The notes under the pieces are model-generated. The model ran no database searches. It was not told the DNA's origin and was given only the letters and a program-made list of their open reading frames with translations. 44,250 nt of DNA, from IMG/VR virus record IMGVR_UViG_3300037962_000599, positions 1 through 44,250 of that record; one strand, given 5' to 3'. The position numbers were made by a program, and so were the translations under genes. Origin of the DNA: a virus. Taxonomy: Duplodnaviria > Caudoviricetes. Shown piece by piece: positions 26,543 to 35,603 of this stretch; positions within the stretch are counted from its first letter, which is position 1, and every line of letters starts with the position of its first letter.

Positions 26543-26883
26543 TTCTTTCCTCCTAGCCAGGCTTTGAGATCCAGCGTCTTGACGCCTTCGATGGCTCTCA
26601 GACCAGCAGTAACGCTGACGGCGGCGGCGATAAACGCAGAGACGGCGGAGTGCTCAAGCATGTCGCCTAGCGTAGCGGGGCCGCCGAGGTAGCCGATGAA
26701 AAATGAAATGGCGAGATAAGCGAGGCGCTCGAGCAAGCCCAGCTCTTTCGCGCTGATGACAAACAGCGCGGCGCCGCAAAACGACCCGACAACAGCATTG
26801 GCATCGATGCCTGGCAGCATTCCAATAATGAGCGCTGCAAGCGAGGCGGTACCGGCGGCGGTGGCGGTGCTGGGTTCTGCCAT
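26539..26883 (-). CDS. putative holin
   Basis: MAEPS..., G.F.GA.LFV, SF..GY; hydrophobic; ATG at 26883 with RBS GAGGA. Confidence 0.75.
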   Translation of the reverse strand: MAEPSTATAAGTASLAALIIGMLPGIDANAVVGSFCGAALFVISAKELGLLERLAYLAISFFIGYLGGPATLGDMLEHSAVSAFIAAAVSVTAGLRAIEGVKTLDLKAWLGGKK

Positions 26884-26902
26884 AAAGTCCTCTTCTTGTT
26901 CG

Positions 26903-27112
26903 TCAGCTCCAGAGCTGCACGGTGTCAATCACGACAGGGGTAGGCTGTTCTTCCGGTAGCGTTACCAGGGTGCCGTGAGGCAGGATCGGGCCGAATTCGG
27001 CTAATCCCGGGTTCATTTGGAGCGCGCGCTCAGTGACGCCGGCGGTAGTGCCAAGTACCCGATAGCAGAGCTGGTCGAGTGTTTCGCCCTGGTGGGCGCG
27101 TGCGGTCGACAC
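26903..27112 (-). CDS. X: tail protein gpX
   Basis: A.QG.TLD.LC.R..G...GV.E..L..NPGLA..G..LP.G..V.LP...VQLW. Confidence 0.93.
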   Translation of the reverse strand: MSTARAHQGETLDQLCYRVLGTTAGVTERALQMNPGLAEFGPILPHGTLVTLPEEQPTPVVIDTVQLWS

Positions 27113-27582
27113 TAGATAAGCTCCACGGTGGTGTGGCCTTCGTCGAGGATCTCGCTGACTGCCCAGCGGGCATCGCGGCGGTAATCATCGGCGGCTAGTT
27201 CCTTGGCCTCGCCACGCTCATCACCTTCGCCGGTTGCGCTGTAGTCGCGGTAGCGCTCGAACAGGCTGGCGAGGGCGGTGGCATAGATAGCGCGGCGATA
27301 GAGCAGCAGGTGATGCTCTTCGCTTTGCCACACGGCGCGCGGTATATCGTTTGCGGTTGAAGCGCCTGTCGCCTGCTGTGCTTCCTGGAAGTCCGCGAGT
27401 TGACGGTTGATGTCGGCCATGGCCACCCGAAGGGCTTGTTGGGCGCGGGCGTCGGTGACGGTGGAGTCGATGCGCTCGGCGTCACGAAATTCGTCAACGA
27501 CGAGGTCGGGCCAGAAACCGTTGTTGGGGATAGCGTCAGGTGGAGTGGCGGTCTCGCCGGTACCGTAGGAGATCAGCGACAT
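27112..27582 (-). CDS. L: head completion/stabilization protein gpL
   Basis: N.GFWPD, LY.RA.Y, L.ERY.DY.AT..G, RDARWA, TVELI. Confidence 0.93.
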   Translation of the reverse strand: MSLISYGTGETATPPDAIPNNGFWPDLVVDEFRDAERIDSTVTDARAQQALRVAMADINRQLADFQEAQQATGASTANDIPRAVWQSEEHHLLLYRRAIYATALASLFERYRDYSATGEGDERGEAKELAADDYRRDARWAVSEILDEGHTTVELI

Positions 27583-27689
27583 GGCGGCATCTCATGTTTA
27601 GGAAGGGGGTGGGCTGGGCGTCGAGCATGGATGAATCCTGCTCTAGCCCGGCGCCCCCTTTGACGTCGGCGTGCGACTCGGTTAAGCGA

Positions 27690-28412
27690 TCAGGCGGTGG
27701 CCTGGTCGCCTGCGTTCTGCTGCTGCTTGAGCTCGCGCTCGAGCTTTTCGATATCTTTCTTCACCCCTGCCCGGTCGTTTAGCTGCAGGGCGCGGCGCAA
27801 GTGCTCGAGGGATTCCTCAAGGCTGAGTGAGCCACGGTAGGCATAGCCCAAAGCCTTGTGGAGCTTGGCGCGGATTTGGTCGTGCATATCGGCATCGCGG
27901 GTAAGTGCCTCGGCGCGACTAAGATGCATGACCAGGTCTGCGGCGTCATTGGCCGCTGCGGTTCGGCCTCTTTCGCTGTCTTCGTAAGGCGTCTCTAGGC
28001 GGGCGAGCGCCTCCTCGGCGACCTGCTCGGCAACGATGGATGCGGTGTCGCGCTCGAATCGATCGGGGGTGTCGAGACCATGACGCAGGGCGTACTCAGC
28101 AACTTCAATGCCGCCTTCGAGATCGCCGACATCGAGACGCCAGAGCATGACCGTCATTAACACGTCATCTTGGGCGCCTTTGCCGCCTTCAAGGACGCCA
28201 GCCACATAGGCTTCAAACTCGGGCAACAGCTCGCGTTTCTTGGCCACCTTGGCTTCGATCGACTTGATGCCCTTGAGGGTGCGACGGGCCTCCCAGAGTG
28301 CGGCGGCATGCAGTTCGTATTGCTCGCCACCTTGAGCGGCGCGGGGGTCGGCAGCCCCCGCCGCTTGCGCGGCGGTGGCTCGCTGATAGTGCTTGCGTGC
28401 GGGGCTTGTCAT
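27690..28412 (-). CDS. M: terminase small (endonuclease) subunit gpM
   Basis: MTSPA..H, L..I.S...K...KR.LLP, QD.VL.T.M.W..D.GD, DM.DQ.RAKLHK..G, GVKKDI. Confidence 0.94.
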   Translation of the reverse strand: MTSPARKHYQRATAAQAAGAADPRAAQGGEQYELHAAALWEARRTLKGIKSIEAKVAKKRELLPEFEAYVAGVLEGGKGAQDDVLMTVMLWRLDVGDLEGGIEVAEYALRHGLDTPDRFERDTASIVAEQVAEEALARLETPYEDSERGRTAAANDAADLVMHLSRAEALTRDADMHDQIRAKLHKALGYAYRGSLSLEESLEHLRRALQLNDRAGVKKDIEKLERELKQQQNAGDQATA

Positions 28413-28422
28413 CAGCTACTCC

Positions 28423-29445
28423 TTAAGCGGCGGTCCAGTCACCGAAGACGATGTTTTCGACGAGACAGCCAGCGCCGAAATCTTCGACCACATAGGCGTC
28501 GTTTGAGGATTCGTAGTTCTCGACACGCTTACGCTCTGGCTTGTCTTTGATGTAGCGGCGGCGGCTGCCCTGCTGCCAGTAAATCGAGAGGTTTTCAGGC
28601 ATGGTGATAAACAGACTGCCGTCTGGGTAGTAAGGCACTCGTGCGGCTTGCTGGCCGCCCATGCGCTTCTGGCTAATGACCATGTCCAGCGCCTGGGCCT
28701 CTGTGGGCGTTCCTGCGTGCTCTTGAATCAGAGGGAAGTATTTATCGGCCATGATCTTCCGGCCGCAGATCACACGCAGCTCAGTGGACTCGCGGTGCCA
28801 AGGATCAATCAGCTCATTCACTACGTCGTAGACAAGGGCGTCGAGGTTTGCGTAATCGCCGCCGGGGCCGACGCGCACTTCTCCGGCTGTGGCTCCTCCG
28901 GACATAACGCGGGCGACTGCTTTCTCTCGGTAGTGCTGCAGCCAGCCCTTGTTGACGTCCTGCAGTAACGGGTTGGCAGCTCGGTCGGTGTCGGCAGCGC
29001 CACTGGTGCCGTTGAAGCCGATCATGATTCGATCCAGCGCCTGCTGGCGAACAATGGCGTTGCGTACCCGGGTCTGGAAGTCCGGGAACTTGGCCCAGGC
29101 ATCGAGCTTTGACCACGGCAAAAATGTATCGAACTCGGTGGAGAGGCACTCGTACTGGTTGGCGTCCAGACTGGTCAGATCGCGCGGGGTGCGATCTTTG
29201 GCCGAGACATCAGTACGACCAGCGATCGGGCCGGAAAGGCCGAGGCCGAGCTTTTCGCCTTTGAGTTCGTCAACGCCAACCATGTTGATCATGCTGAGGA
29301 ACTGGCTTGACTCCTGGATCTTGGATTCCAGCGTCTGCTGGACGCTTGGCTCCACGGCGAAGCTTTCGGCAGCAGAGGGCACGCCGGATAGCGAAGCTAC
29401 GCGGGAAAGCAGGGCGTTAAAACTTTTACGGGTATCATTACGCAT
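28423..29445 (-). CDS. N: major capsid protein gpN
   Basis: MRN.TR..FN, F.VEPSVQQ.LE, LD.WAKFPDFQ, ALDRIMIGFNG, NPLLQDVN.GWLQ, NLSIYWQ. Confidence 0.96.
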   Translation of the reverse strand: MRNDTRKSFNALLSRVASLSGVPSAAESFAVEPSVQQTLESKIQESSQFLSMINMVGVDELKGEKLGLGLSGPIAGRTDVSAKDRTPRDLTSLDANQYECLSTEFDTFLPWSKLDAWAKFPDFQTRVRNAIVRQQALDRIMIGFNGTSGAADTDRAANPLLQDVNKGWLQHYREKAVARVMSGGATAGEVRVGPGGDYANLDALVYDVVNELIDPWHRESTELRVICGRKIMADKYFPLIQEHAGTPTEAQALDMVISQKRMGGQQAARVPYYPDGSLFITMPENLSIYWQQGSRRRYIKDKPERKRVENYESSNDAYVVEDFGAGCLVENIVFGDWTAA

Positions 29446-29456
29446 GGGCGCAGTCC

Positions 29457-30269
29457 TTAGCAGTCTGTGAGCACGGCGTTGTCACCGCCAGTGGCGGGTG
29501 GGCGGCTCTTTGTGTCGGGTGTATGGTCGAGTTTGGTGTAGAGCTCATCCAGCTTGTTCTTGGTCGCCTCGTGGGCGTCCTGCAGCTCTTTAAAAGCCGT
29601 GCTGCTGGGCAGTTTTTTGAGCTCAGTTTCCAGCGCTTGGTGCTTCTGGACGAACAGCTCAAGGGTCTGTTCAAGCTCGGCGCGGAAGTCGGAAAACCCC
29701 TTATCGGTCTTGGCGTCGTGCTTCTTGAAGAGCGCCTTCACGCGCTCGGTGAGGCTAGGCCCTTGCTCTTCTGTTCTGCCTCCAGAGAAGTCCAGCACAG
29801 TCTCTACGCCAGCAGTGAAAACGTTGTGCGCCGACTGCTTACGGGCGGCCAACGGCGAGGCGCTGCCTTGCTGGGCGCTAAACTTCAGCATGTCGGTGCC
29901 AAGGCTGGCAGGGGAGTCAGTGACTGCCAGGCCAACCAAATAAGCCTCGCCTGTATCGGCAAAATCAGGATCTACTTCGATGCTGGTGTAGATCTTTTGC
30001 CGCTCACTATTGATCTGTTTCAAACGTTCGGTGGGGTCAATCTCGGCATACAGAGCCAACTTTCCGTCGACTTCGCGTGCCTCAAGCGCTGTGACATCCC
30101 CCAGGGCGGGGAAGGGTCCGTCGGAGAACATGCCGCGCATGTGCTCCATCCAGATCCGAGCACCGTAGGTGGCTGGGTTGAAATTTTTGGCCATCTGCTC
30201 GATCCACTCTCGTGAGATCGTGCGGCCGTCAGTTGTCGCGCCTTCCGTCGCGATGCGAAACATTGCCAT
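29457..30269 (-). CDS. O: capsid scaffolding protein/maturation protease gpO
   Basis: FRIA.EG.T.DGR.I, Y.ARI..EH, QK.YTS.E, YL.GLAVTD.PASLGT..L.F; C-terminal TDC. Confidence 0.95.
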   Translation of the reverse strand: MAMFRIATEGATTDGRTISREWIEQMAKNFNPATYGARIWMEHMRGMFSDGPFPALGDVTALEAREVDGKLALYAEIDPTERLKQINSERQKIYTSIEVDPDFADTGEAYLVGLAVTDSPASLGTDMLKFSAQQGSASPLAARKQSAHNVFTAGVETVLDFSGGRTEEQGPSLTERVKALFKKHDAKTDKGFSDFRAELEQTLELFVQKHQALETELKKLPSSTAFKELQDAHEATKNKLDELYTKLDHTPDTKSRPPATGGDNAVLTDC

Positions 30270-30351
30270 GGCTGCCTCGTGGGTGGTGGTGTGGGGATTC
30301 AGGCGTTGCCGTCAGGTTCCCCGCGCAAGGCGTCTGGCTCAACGCCGTGGC

Positions 30352-30374
30352 GTTGTAGGCGTCTTATCCACAAC
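30352..30374. promoter_or_regulatory. Ogr-type activator site between the divergent O and P operons
   Basis: GCGTTGT-N13-ACAACGC dyad. Confidence 0.8.
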
Positions 30375-30418
30375 GCGCCATGCCGCAGGCTATGCGGCGG
30401 CGCGGTTAGTCTGGCGAC

Positions 30419-32194
30419 ATGACAACGATGCCTGCTGATACCCCAGATTCTTCGCGCGTACACGCCCGCCATCTCTACTGGCAGGGGTGGAGAGTCGCGC
30501 GCATTGCTGAACACCTAAATGAGAAGGCTGCGACCGTGCACAGCTGGAAACAGCGCGACGGCTGGGACGATGCCTTGCCAAGCCAGCGTGTAGAGGGTGC
30601 GCTCGAGGCGCGCCTGGTGCAGCTGATCAGCAAGGAGGCTAAAGAGGGCAGGGACTTCAAGGAGATCGATTTGCTGGGCAGGCAGATCGAGCGCCTAGCT
30701 CGGGTGCACAGGTACCAGCAGACCGGGCGCGAGGCGGACCTCAATCCCAATATCAACGCGCGTAACGAAGCTCCACGTCGCAAGCAGCGGCGTAATGCGC
30801 TGGATGATGAGCAAATTGAGCAGCTCCGCGAGGCTTTCCTGGAAACAAGCTTCGACTACCAGCTGAAATGGTACGAGGCTGGCCAGAAGCACCGGATCCG
30901 TAACATTCTCAAAAGCCGGCAGATCGGGGCGACGTACTTCTTTGCCCGTGAGGCGATCGTTGATGCCTTCGAGAACGGGCGAAACAAGATATTCCTGTCG
31001 GCGAGCAAAGCCCAGGCGCACATCTTTAAGAACTACATCGTCCAGTTCGTCAAGCAAGTGTGTGACGTCGAGCTCAAGGGCGACCCCCTTGTTCTGGATA
31101 ACGGTGCCGAGTTGCACTTCCTTGGTACCAACTCGAAAACAGCGCAGGGCTATCACGGCGACGTGTACCTCGACGAATACTTCTGGATCGGCCGCTTCGC
31201 CGAGTTCCGCAAGGTCACGTCAGGAATGGCGATGCACAAGAAGTGGCGGCAAACCTATTTCTCGACGCCCTCGAGCATCGGCCATGAGGCCTATCCGTTC
31301 TGGAACGGCGCTATGTTCAACAAACGGCGTGCTAAGAAGGATCGGGTCGAGTTCGATGTCAGCCACCAGGCGCTTTCTGGTGGCCAGGTGTGCCCTGATG
31401 GCCAGTGGCGTCAGATCGTGACGGTCGAGGATGCTATTGCCGGGGGCTGCGACCTGTTCGATCTCGATCAGCTGCGCCTCGAATATAGCGAGGACGAATT
31501 CGCCAACCTCCTGATGTGCCAGTTCGTCGACGACAGCCAGAGCGCATTCCCGCTTGCGATGGTCACCCCTTGCATGGTCGACAGCTGGGAAGTATGGGAC
31601 GACTATCGCCCTTTTGCGCCTCGACCGGTCGGCGACCGCGGGGTATGGATTGGGTACGACCCAACGGGTACCGGCGAAGATGGCGACGGTGCCGGCCTGG
31701 TCGTAGTGCTGCCATCGCGCAGTGCCGACGAACCGCACCGGGTGCTGGAGCGTCACCGGCTGAAAGGCCAGGACTATGAAGCGCAGGCCGCTTTCATCCG
31801 CAGCTTTGAGACGCGGTACCAGATCGATCACATCGGTATCGATATCAGCGGGCTGGGTGAAGCAGTGGCAGAGCACGTTGAAAAATGGTTCCCGACAGTC
31901 GCCCGCTACCAGTACACCGTCGACGTGAAGAACCGAATGGTTATGCAGGCACAGCAGATTATGCGTAAGGGTCGCCTGCAGTTTGATGCTGGCTGGTCTG
32001 ATCTTGCCCAGTCCTTCATGGCCATCAAGCGAGAGCTGACGGCCTCTGGTCGTCAATTCACCTACAAGTCCGGACGCAACAAACAAACCGGCCATGCCGA
32101 CCTGGCGTGGGCCGCAATGCATGCGCTTCACCACGAACCAATCGACGGCCCGGCGGAAGAGGCCGGGCGTTCCATGATGGAGATGTTTGAATGA
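30419..32194 (+). CDS. P: terminase large (ATPase) subunit gpP
   Basis: LYWQG, SWK.RD.WD, RNILKSRQIGAT.FFARE, YLDEYFW, GYDP, HADLAWA.MHAL. Confidence 0.96.
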   Translation: MTTMPADTPDSSRVHARHLYWQGWRVARIAEHLNEKAATVHSWKQRDGWDDALPSQRVEGALEARLVQLISKEAKEGRDFKEIDLLGRQIERLARVHRYQQTGREADLNPNINARNEAPRRKQRRNALDDEQIEQLREAFLETSFDYQLKWYEAGQKHRIRNILKSRQIGATYFFAREAIVDAFENGRNKIFLSASKAQAHIFKNYIVQFVKQVCDVELKGDPLVLDNGAELHFLGTNSKTAQGYHGDVYLDEYFWIGRFAEFRKVTSGMAMHKKWRQTYFSTPSSIGHEAYPFWNGAMFNKRRAKKDRVEFDVSHQALSGGQVCPDGQWRQIVTVEDAIAGGCDLFDLDQLRLEYSEDEFANLLMCQFVDDSQSAFPLAMVTPCMVDSWEVWDDYRPFAPRPVGDRGVWIGYDPTGTGEDGDGAGLVVVLPSRSADEPHRVLERHRLKGQDYEAQAAFIRSFETRYQIDHIGIDISGLGEAVAEHVEKWFPTVARYQYTVDVKNRMVMQAQQIMRKGRLQFDAGWSDLAQSFMAIKRELTASGRQFTYKSGRNKQTGHADLAWAAMHALHHEPIDGPAEEAGRSMMEMFE

Positions 32195-33297
32195 GCGAGA
32201 CTACCGCCAAGCCCCGAATCCGCGTGCCAGCCTATACCACGGGCGATGCGCCGGCGGCGCCGACAGCCGCTACCGGCGCTTCTGCGGTTAGCAGCCCCCG
32301 TGCCGAGGCGTTTTCTTTTGGCGACCCTGAGCCTGTTACCAGCATGCGTGACTTTTTCCACGAGGGGCTTTGGCTCTCGGCAGATGAGTGGTACGAGCCA
32401 CCGATCCCACTAGATGTGCTGGCTAAGAGTTACCGGGCGACGGCGCACCATGGGTCGGCGCTACAGGTGAAGCGAAACATCTTGCTGCGCACGTTCAAGC
32501 CCCACCCCCTGTTAGGGCGTCAGGCGTTCAGCGGCTTGGCACTGGACTACCTGGTGTTTGGCAACGGCTATCTCGAAGAGGTGTTCGGGCTGCTGGGTAA
32601 GCGACTGCCGTTCCGCCACCTGCGTGCACGTTATGTGCGGCGCGGCGGCCTGAATGGCGATCGCTACTGGTGGGCGCCCAACTTCGTCGACCGGGTAGAG
32701 CTTCCAGCAGGGCGGGTGATTCACTTGCTTGAGCCCGATGTGGACCAGGGCATCTATGGCGTACCGGACTACATCGGCAGCCTGCAGTCTGCATGGCTCA
32801 ACGAGAGCGCGACACTGTTCCGCCGGCGCTACTATCTCAACGGTAGCCATGCCGGGTTCATTATGTACGTCAACGATGCCGCCCATAATAAGCAAGACAT
32901 CGATGCGATGCGCCAAGCACTCAAGGATTCGAAAGGCCCCGGCAATTTCCGCAACCTGTTCCTGTACTCCCCAGGGGGCAAAAAGGATGGGGTACAGGTG
33001 ATCCCGGTTAGCGAGGTCGCGGCGAAGGATGACTTCTGGAACATCAAGAACATCACCCGGGATGACCAGCTTGCCGGCCACCGGATACCCCCGCAACTAA
33101 TGGGCATCATTCCGCAGAATACAGGCGGGTTCGGTGACGTTGAGAAAGCAGCCAGGGTATTTGTGGCCAACGAACTCGAGCCGCTTCAAGCGACCATGAT
33201 GGAGATCAACGAGCGGGTCGGAGAAGAGATCGTGAGCTTTCGCCCCTACTCGCTCGAGGGAGGCGGCGGCGGTTCGGGACTTGATCCATCGCGATAG
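32191..33297 (+). CDS. Q: portal protein gpQ (PBSX family)
   Basis: AFSFGDP.PV, WYEPP, Q.IYG.P.Y, LNESATLFRR.YY.NGSHAGFI, GNFRNLF, HR.PPQLMG. Confidence 0.96.
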   Translation: MSETTAKPRIRVPAYTTGDAPAAPTAATGASAVSSPRAEAFSFGDPEPVTSMRDFFHEGLWLSADEWYEPPIPLDVLAKSYRATAHHGSALQVKRNILLRTFKPHPLLGRQAFSGLALDYLVFGNGYLEEVFGLLGKRLPFRHLRARYVRRGGLNGDRYWWAPNFVDRVELPAGRVIHLLEPDVDQGIYGVPDYIGSLQSAWLNESATLFRRRYYLNGSHAGFIMYVNDAAHNKQDIDAMRQALKDSKGPGNFRNLFLYSPGGKKDGVQVIPVSEVAAKDDFWNIKNITRDDQLAGHRIPPQLMGIIPQNTGGFGDVEKAARVFVANELEPLQATMMEINERVGEEIVSFRPYSLEGGGGGSGLDPSR

Positions 33298-33324
33298 CCG
33301 CAGCGCTACCAGCACCAGTTAAGC

Positions 33325-33348
33325 AGCCGCCTTCGAGGCGGCTTTTTT
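33325..33348 (+). terminator. Rho-independent terminator after Q
   Basis: AGCCGCCT-TCG-AGGCGGCT followed by TTTTT. Confidence 0.85.
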
Positions 33349-33415
33349 GTGCCCACCAAACCTTTCGCCCTGAGCCGATCGGGCAGGCAGGGCCACCCAG
33401 GCCCCGGCGCCGACC

Positions 33416-33485
33416 CCTGGCGCGCGATCGGCACCTCGCCCCGCCTGCGCTCTAAATATTTTATTTTTTATGCACCTTTGCACCA
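33416..33485. other. putative cos packaging site
   Basis: GC-rich CCTGGCGCGCGATCGGCACCTCGCCCCGCCTGCGC then an AT tract and TGCA motifs, just downstream of Q; resembles P2-type cos (complement of GGCGAGGCGGGG...). Confidence 0.65.
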
Positions 33486-33622
33486 CGGCCAAACCCCGCG
33501 CCGTTGCTGGGCTCCGCAAGGGTTTTGAGGTTGGTTTCTTTTATGCGGATATCGGCGTTTTTATGCACAAGTATTCACGGTCGCCAGAGACTCCTGGCTG
33601 GGTGCCCTGTTTGAGAAGTAGA

Positions 33623-33927
33623 GGGGGTCTCGGAAAAAGGTAACATCGGTCGCATCAGGAAATTAAGGCTATAAGTTATTGTTTTTATTTACCTATACTG
33701 TAACCGTAAAAAGGTCGCAAAAGGTAACGCAAAAGGTAACGGAAATATAAGCCCATGATTTAAATATATTTTTATTTTTATGCTTGTAACCATACAAAAA
33801 GGTAACGCGTTACCTTTGCATCACCTTTTTGTTACCTTTTGAACAACTGTTTTATTTATATAAGTATCAATAGCTTATGCTATGTTTTTAGAAAGCGTTA
33901 CCTTTGTTACCTTTTTCCGAGACCCCC
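33623..33927. repeat. AT-rich iteron array with perfect 23-bp terminal inverted repeats; candidate replication origin
   Basis: GGGGGTCTCGGAAAAAGGTAACA (33623-33645) and its reverse complement (33905-33927); GGTAAC copies on the left, GTTACC copies on the right; IHF consensus TATCAA-TAGC-TTA at 33865-33877. Confidence 0.75.
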
Positions 33928-33997
33928 ACGGATTCTGGAAATCCTGCGGCCTTAACGTGTACGCGCACGCGCACCGCGCATAACACTCACAACAATT

Positions 33998-34062
33998 GGG
34001 ACTAAGCCGGGACTCTTTGCCAGCATGTAAATTAGCAGCAATGATTAAAAATCAGCATGTTA
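33998..34062 (+). promoter_or_regulatory. putative integrase arm sites and IHF site of the attR arm
   Basis: GGGACTAAGCCGGGACT (33998-34014); AATCAG-CATG-TTA (34050-34062) fits WATCAR-N4-TTR. Confidence 0.55.
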
Positions 34063-34087
34063 GGCATGCTGGTAGAGGGGTGCTGAA

Positions 34088-34117
34088 GTTCGAATCCCTC
34101 CCTCTCCGCCACAGAAT
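34088..34117 (+). repeat. attR core (duplicated tRNA-Ser 3' end)
   Basis: Identical to 275-304. Confidence 0.95.
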
Positions 34118-34124
34118 ATAGATT

Positions 34125-34150
34125 AAGCCGCTGATTTCAGCGGCTTTTTT
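34125..34150 (+). terminator. Rho-independent terminator (pre-integration tRNA terminator)
   Basis: AAGCCGCTG-ATTT-CAGCGGCTT followed by TTTT. Confidence 0.8.
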
Positions 34151-34361
34151 ATATCTGCAATTTAGCCATCCCATACCTCAGCCTATACCTTTTGTTTTGG
34201 TTCTTGTTGAGCAAAACTGGACCGTATTGGAAGCCGCCTCTCAGCCTAGATCTCTTGTTGCTGACCTTTAATTTGGTTGTCAGCAAATTCTTCATGCATG
34301 CATCTAAATGAGGGATGATAGGGCCTTTTCCTTCAGATACTGTTATCTTAAGAATTATGAG

Positions 34362-35285
<924 letters not shown>

Positions 35286-35603
35286 CTCTGTGCTTTTCTA
35301 TCAATGCAGAGTACAAAAGTTTGATTCGTCCCAAGAGTTTTATAGGAGGAGTGGGGTCGTGTATAAATGGGAGCTAAGATGGCAACTACGTCGGTGTTGG
35401 AGGCGTATAACCAATCATTTAAGGAAGCGCTGTATAAATTCCGCCGTAGCTGCTTGGCAACCATTGGGGTGTAGAATTCTGTCCTCCTGCCACTGCCTGA
35501 TCAGAGCCACCCATTGAAACGTGGCGTGGAGGATCTTTCCCCATCAGAATTAATTACCTGGTGCTCGTGGAGCGCCAGCATAAAAAAGTGAATAGGGTTA
35601 AAT

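Larger units (their letters stand above)
275..34117. mobile_element. P2-like temperate prophage integrated in tRNA-Ser, apparently intact
   Basis: att repeats at both ends, integrase next to attL, P2-order structural genes without visible frameshifts, cos-like site. Confidence 0.95.

Noticed and set aside
29523-30215. 230-aa plus-strand ORF (and similar ORFs opposite FI, S, T and the primase)
   Set aside because: Antisense shadows of well-supported genes
31220-32134. 304-aa minus-strand ORF
   Set aside because: Antisense shadow of the terminase gene with no motifs; typical of GC-rich coding DNA
33697-33714. LexA box-like sequence (CTGTAACCGTAAAAAG)
   Set aside because: Right half-site does not match ACAG, and the sequence is explained by the iteron array
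33623-33927. CRISPR array or MITE
   Set aside because: Repeats are 6-10 bp, irregularly spaced and in both orientations, with no spacer pattern or cas genes. No target-site duplication flanks the inverted repeats. A MITE is not fully excluded.
34088-34112. Second tRNA gene
   Set aside because: Only the 3' part (T-loop onward) is present; it is the attR duplication
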